Virus record (IMG/VR): IMGVR_UViG_3300042506_000517
Location: 1 to 51,165 of that record
From: a virus
Taxonomy: Duplodnaviria > Caudoviricetes
Length of the DNA: 51,165 bases
Reading direction: 5' to 3' (one strand)
Part shown: in pieces, positions 46,959 to 51,165 of the stretch
Layout of the letters: each line of letters starts with the position of its first letter
Position numbering within the stretch: position 1 is the stretch's first letter
Program-made: the position numbers and the translations under genes
The notes under the pieces: model-generated
Told to the model about the DNA's origin: nothing
Databases searched by the model: none
Seen by the model: only the letters and a program-made list of their open reading frames with translations

Positions 46959-46997
46959 TACTACAATATATATAACCAAAAATAAAAAACAACAATA

Positions 46998-47765
46998 TTA
47001 TTTAACTTTTATGTTTTTTATTATATCAATAAAATGTTTCACCAACCATTGATAATATTCCTCATTACTATGATTTGGATGACTTTTAATAGTATCAACC
47101 AATGTGTTTAATACAGTAGCGGCAACTATCTCTCCATATGATTTACCATTCATATCAACTCCATGCGTATGACTTCTATCACTTATCTTTATATTATTGT
47201 CACTTACCCATTTTTTAACTATTGATTCTATATCATTTTTAAAAGAACTATCATAGTAATACACCTTTAAACTATCATTGTGCGTCAAAAACATACGCAA
47301 AATCGCATGCGTCTTGTACGATATCGCAACTCCTCTTTTATCCGCAAATTGCTGCAATCGATAACTCAAACCATCACCCTTTATCTTATTTAAAAATAAC
47401 ATCACATTGTTTTTATCATTACGATCTATAGTAATATAATAATTATAACTCTTGCCATCCACTTTTACTTTTTTATCGGGATTTATATTTCGCTGACTCC
47501 AACCACCACCAGTATTCCATAACGACGATTTGTCAAAAAATTCTTTCCACCTTTTAGAATCATCTTCAGTATAACCCATCCGATTTAATATATCCGTATC
47601 TCCAAACAACCGCATATTTGTTATTATCTCATACATTGTGCTGTGGTCACCAGAAAATAATTTTCCACCACTTCGTATCCTATCTATTGTACGAATTATT
47701 TGATTCTTATGTCTTCCAATATCAAATGTCTGTGACTCAATAAGTAAATCTTTTAACTTTATCAT
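46998..47765 (-). CDS. hypothetical protein, possible internal virion protein
   Basis: MIKLKDLLIE N-terminus of a type recurrent in large-phage proteins (function inferred). Confidence 0.6.
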   Translation of the reverse strand: MIKLKDLLIESQTFDIGRHKNQIIRTIDRIRSGGKLFSGDHSTMYEIITNMRLFGDTDILNRMGYTEDDSKRWKEFFDKSSLWNTGGGWSQRNINPDKKVKVDGKSYNYYITIDRNDKNNVMLFLNKIKGDGLSYRLQQFADKRGVAISYKTHAILRMFLTHNDSLKVYYYDSSFKNDIESIVKKWVSDNNIKISDRSHTHGVDMNGKSYGEIVAATVLNTLVDTIKSHPNHSNEEYYQWLVKHFIDIIKNIKVK

Positions 47766-49198
47766 ATAATTTCAATTTTTCCATTTTTAACCACAAACGT
47801 GTGTTCACGACCATCCTTCAACTTGTTCATATTCTCAGGTGTGGCAAATATGGCACCAATGCTAGAACCAAACTGCGTTAACTTGTTGGTCAACCCAGTC
47901 AAAAAGTTTTGTGCAGCATTCTTGGCATTTGTCACAAACTTCTTCACAGCTGCAACACCACGCTGCAACATACCCTCTTCATTGATGATTCCAGCCAACA
48001 CCATCATACGTTTGTAAGATTCATTTTTCTGTCTCGGCCAAAGATCAACGTTGGTCTTGCCGTAATTACTAAACTTCTTCATTCCGTTCATAAGTTGATC
48101 AACCGTATCATTATCAACTCCACTCGTCAATTGACGCACCCGTGTATGAATATCAGATGTTACTCCAGTCAATTGGGTTTTAGTAATGCTATACCCATCC
48201 GCACCCTCGCCAACTCTATAATAAACTTGTTTCATTTTGGAAATCGTTACACCATTATGTTTCATTTCAAAATCACTTACCATCAAGTTATTAGACGAAT
48301 CCAACTTCACTTTACCCACCACTTCACCATCTGTTCCAAGTACATCCGTAATGTTACGTATGTCACTTGTTTTATACACGACACGAGCGTCAACATTCAT
48401 TCCTTTAAAGTGTTGTTCATCCAATACTCTATCCAACTTAGCCAAATTAATCAACCGTCGAACCGTATCATCCCCCTTCTCCATACGAATCTTTTCAATC
48501 GCAGCTTGATAATCAGCATAAGCAGGATCATTCATCAAATCAGTAGGAGCAAGTTCATCTCCACCAGTCTTACCACCCTTTTGAAAAAATAATTGATCAT
48601 CTGGCTTATTAACATCAATTCCCATATCAGCAACAGCTTGATTCAAATTTTTACCAAGTTCTTCATCGTTCATTTTGGTAAGATGATCCAATTTGTCCAT
48701 TTGATCTGCCAAATCATCAGCATCACCCACACTGCTAGCATCCATGTCAATTCCTAACTTTTCAAAAATACCATCAAACGCATCCGTATTGTTTGATGCT
48801 TCATATCCAGCAATCGCACTTCCAATCATCGTCAATACCGTCAATCCAACACGAACACTAGCAAAAGCTAACTTGGGATTCTTAACAAAAAAAGAAATAA
48901 TCTTGCTAACAACCGTAAACATTAACCCACGCTTTTTATCCTTTTCATTGGCCTTTATCTTGGCAATACTAGACTGTAACTTGTTTGTTGCTGCAACATA
49001 AATCTTCAAAGCGTTATCATTGACAGCATTTCCTGTCTTCTTTACCGCAAATGTAATCAAATCATTTGCCTTCTTTGCTGCATCCTTAATATTAAACTCG
49101 TTTAATTGCCGTCCCTCATTCAACAAATAAGAATAATCATAAAACTCATTGATTGCATCTTGTACATCTTCAGTCAAAATAAAGCGGGTATCTATCAT
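47762..49198 (-). CDS. hypothetical protein with hydrophobic segment and LxE motifs; start probably MIDTRF
   Basis: Long ORF; TATTTATA at 49205..49212 favours the downstream ATG and removes the overlap with the GNAT gene. Confidence 0.65.
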   Translation of the reverse strand: MIDTRFILTEDVQDAINEFYDYSYLLNEGRQLNEFNIKDAAKKANDLITFAVKKTGNAVNDNALKIYVAATNKLQSSIAKIKANEKDKKRGLMFTVVSKIISFFVKNPKLAFASVRVGLTVLTMIGSAIAGYEASNNTDAFDGIFEKLGIDMDASSVGDADDLADQMDKLDHLTKMNDEELGKNLNQAVADMGIDVNKPDDQLFFQKGGKTGGDELAPTDLMNDPAYADYQAAIEKIRMEKGDDTVRRLINLAKLDRVLDEQHFKGMNVDARVVYKTSDIRNITDVLGTDGEVVGKVKLDSSNNLMVSDFEMKHNGVTISKMKQVYYRVGEGADGYSITKTQLTGVTSDIHTRVRQLTSGVDNDTVDQLMNGMKKFSNYGKTNVDLWPRQKNESYKRMMVLAGIINEEGMLQRGVAAVKKFVTNAKNAAQNFLTGLTNKLTQFGSSIGAIFATPENMNKLKDGREHTFVVKNGKIEII

Positions 49199-49220
49199 AT
49201 ACATTATAAATATATCACCA

Positions 49221-49589
49221 TTACCTTTTACCACCACTTTTTCTCACCATCTCCACCACACATCCTCCATACTCCCGCAACACCACAAACCCATGACGCC
49301 CATAAAACCGCAACAACCGCTCATCTCCTCCTCCATCATCATCACTACTAGGTATACACCGTATATCCAACCCATTTGTATCCGCAAACTTACACAACCG
49401 CCCCATCACCTCACCACCAACGCCCTGCCCACGATACTTATCTTTCACATACATATCACTCAAATATATATACCCATTGTTATCCACATACACTCCAAAC
49501 CTATCAATCTGTATATACTCATTGATTATACTCCTTTCAAAATGTTCCACCATGTACTTCGTACTCTCTGTACTCTCTATGTTATCCAT
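49221..49589 (-). CDS. GNAT-family acetyltransferase
   Basis: MYV...YRGQGVG motif A; L.RFY..HGF motif B. Confidence 0.75.
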   Translation of the reverse strand: MDNIESTESTKYMVEHFERSIINEYIQIDRFGVYVDNNGYIYLSDMYVKDKYRGQGVGGEVMGRLCKFADTNGLDIRCIPSSDDDGGGDERLLRFYGRHGFVVLREYGGCVVEMVRKSGGKR

Positions 49590-49957
49590 ATATCAATATA
49601 TACCTTTTTCCCAGAAATAAATTTTACCCCAGGATTTTTTTAATTTCAATAGGAAAATTCAAAAAAATAGGGTACCAAAACAATGTTTAAAACAATTATA
49701 CATATGCTAAATTACCCAAAGAAAAATTGACTCCGTATCTAAAACAAGCATCGGTGGGCTGGGGGGGCTGCTGCGCTCTATGTCAAGCAGTAGGAGATGC
49801 TGGGTGGGTAGGGCCGTCAAGTTATTATAAAGTGTAGCCTACCCTACCGGCATGGGGTTGTCAAGTATATGTTGTGGATGGGGTGGCTGGGTGGTGGGGA
49901 GTGTAGGGTTTTGTGATATGGGGTAACCCCGAACCAGTGTATAGTGTGTACAGTGTA

Positions 49958-50461
49958 TTAAGCCCACTCAGAGAAGTTCATGGGTGTATTGTCATAGGGC
50001 CAAGCTGTTGCGTAGCTTGCGACTTTGAAGGATGGTTTATTGTTGTAGATGTTGATGCGTTTGGTCATAATGTTGGTACCTTTGGTGTTGAGGTTAGGCA
50101 CACAAGTACCTTGCATAGAACCAGTGTAAGTGCGGTCAGAGCCGAGTGATACTACTTTGACACTGGATTTGGTGATATCAACTACCATGTAGAAGTCGAT
50201 GTTGGTTTGGTCGTAACCCCAGCTGGTATAAAATATATCATTTACTTTGACGGGGTTGGATTGAACTACCTCTGTCAGATTATCTTTGGTGGTGACGATA
50301 GTGGCGTAGCGGTATTGTGCAGACTGACAGTAGATGTGTCCCTTGCGGTTAACCTTCTTAACGGTGAGGGTTGAACCTGCGGCGATGGTGATGGGTTGAT
50401 AACCATCCATACCATTGATGGAGACTGTGTTGGTGACGGTGGAGAAGCGTTTGATGGACAT
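49958..50461 (-). CDS. hypothetical protein (probable early gene)
   Basis: 167 aa, SWGYDQTNIDFY; TTGACA-17-TACCTT upstream near 50508..50535. Confidence 0.7.
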   Translation of the reverse strand: MSIKRFSTVTNTVSINGMDGYQPITIAAGSTLTVKKVNRKGHIYCQSAQYRYATIVTTKDNLTEVVQSNPVKVNDIFYTSWGYDQTNIDFYMVVDITKSSVKVVSLGSDRTYTGSMQGTCVPNLNTKGTNIMTKRINIYNNKPSFKVASYATAWPYDNTPMNFSEWA

Positions 50462-50616
50462 ATTTTTTAGAGTGTTGACGGGGGTTGATTTTCTTACCGT
50501 GATAATAAGGTACAGATGTTTGCTGCGGCTGTCAAAAAGAATCTAGCACTTTTTTTAAAGAGGGTGAAGAGGGTTTTTGGCTGGTCGGGTTACCCACAAC
50601 CGTGTACAATGAAGGT

Positions 50617-51165
50617 TTAGGCCACCGTGTACTCAGTGGACGGCTTGCCACGTCCACTCTCTGGCTTGACAACACCTGAAATGGTGATTGCGCCACTTTC
50701 CAACCACTCATTAACTGCTTTGCGAATATATACGATGTTTACACCAGTATAGGTAGTCAACATGTTAATAGTGAATTTACTATCCTTCTTAAGGGTCATC
50801 TTAACATTCATCTTGACACTAGCCTTACGGCCACGCTTAACAGGTACACCAGTCTTGATGGATTCTTCCTTTGCGTCATTACTACACTTAACCTTCTTAA
50901 CTAGTTCATCAAACCGTTCTTCTGCACTAACAATGGTCTTACAATCATATGCGGTCTTACCAAAAGCAGCACATCCTGGATATTGTTCATAGGTTTCTTG
51001 AACACTATTACCACCAGGTAGAGCAGTACCCTTTTCAATTACCTTAACAACAAACACTTCATAACTACGAAAACTACCGTCCATGTTTTGACGTTCATAA
51101 ATAGCCACACCGTTTTCCTTCTTAAGTTGGATAAACTTAGTGTTACCTACACGGTCAAAGTTACC
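50617..51165 (-). CDS. hypothetical protein with C-terminal wHTH-like motif, 5' end outside the window
   Basis: Frame is open to the window edge; C-terminal GRGKP...Y. Confidence 0.65.
   Translation of the reverse strand, partial: GNFDRVGNTKFIQLKKENGVAIYERQNMDGSFRSYEVFVVKVIEKGTALPGGNSVQETYEQYPGCAAFGKTAYDCKTIVSAEERFDELVKKVKCSNDAKEESIKTGVPVKRGRKASVKMNVKMTLKKDSKFTINMLTTYTGVNIVYIRKAVNEWLESGAITISGVVKPESGRGKPSTEYTVA

Noticed and set aside
49221-49589. GNAT as a tRNA-acetylating toxin linked to the arrays
   Set aside because: Separated from the array by two genes, no antitoxin, and no feature specific to that subfamily
47799-49643. Several plus-strand ORFs
   Set aside because: Antisense to longer, motif-bearing minus-strand genes

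Overview
AT-rich, gene-dense fragment of a large lytic dsDNA (jumbo/T4-like) phage genome, almost all encoded on the minus strand. Left to right: a replication/recombination end (SbcD/Mre11-like nuclease fragment, primase, RuvC-like resolvase); a tail/baseplate module with three Pro-Thr (mucin-like) repeat tracts, four glycosyltransferases, a 2OG-Fe(II) oxygenase and a serine protease; a gp55-like sigma factor, Hsp20 and PhoH; then a ~12 kb RNA-rich region with a tmRNA, 25 tRNAs in two arrays, several tRNA-like or structured RNAs and accessory genes (beta-helix protein, outer-membrane barrel, SNase, Tat-exported polyphenol oxidase). The main observation is that each tRNA array is preceded by a short leader-peptide ORF, missed by the ORF track, with alternative antiterminator/terminator hairpins. 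Each peptide's amino-acid content matches the tRNAs of its own array (MNLISQPSQASQLPSGS for the Ser/Gln/Pro/Ala/Leu/Gly array; MRVNYTHIKRWNTFTDCEC... for the Arg/Asn/Tyr/Thr/His/Ile/Lys/Trp/Phe/Asp/Cys array). This suggests ribosome-mediated attenuation that senses depletion of many tRNAs at once. Both arrays also begin with a copy of the same unidentified structured RNA. All calls were made by eye, without database searches or folding software.
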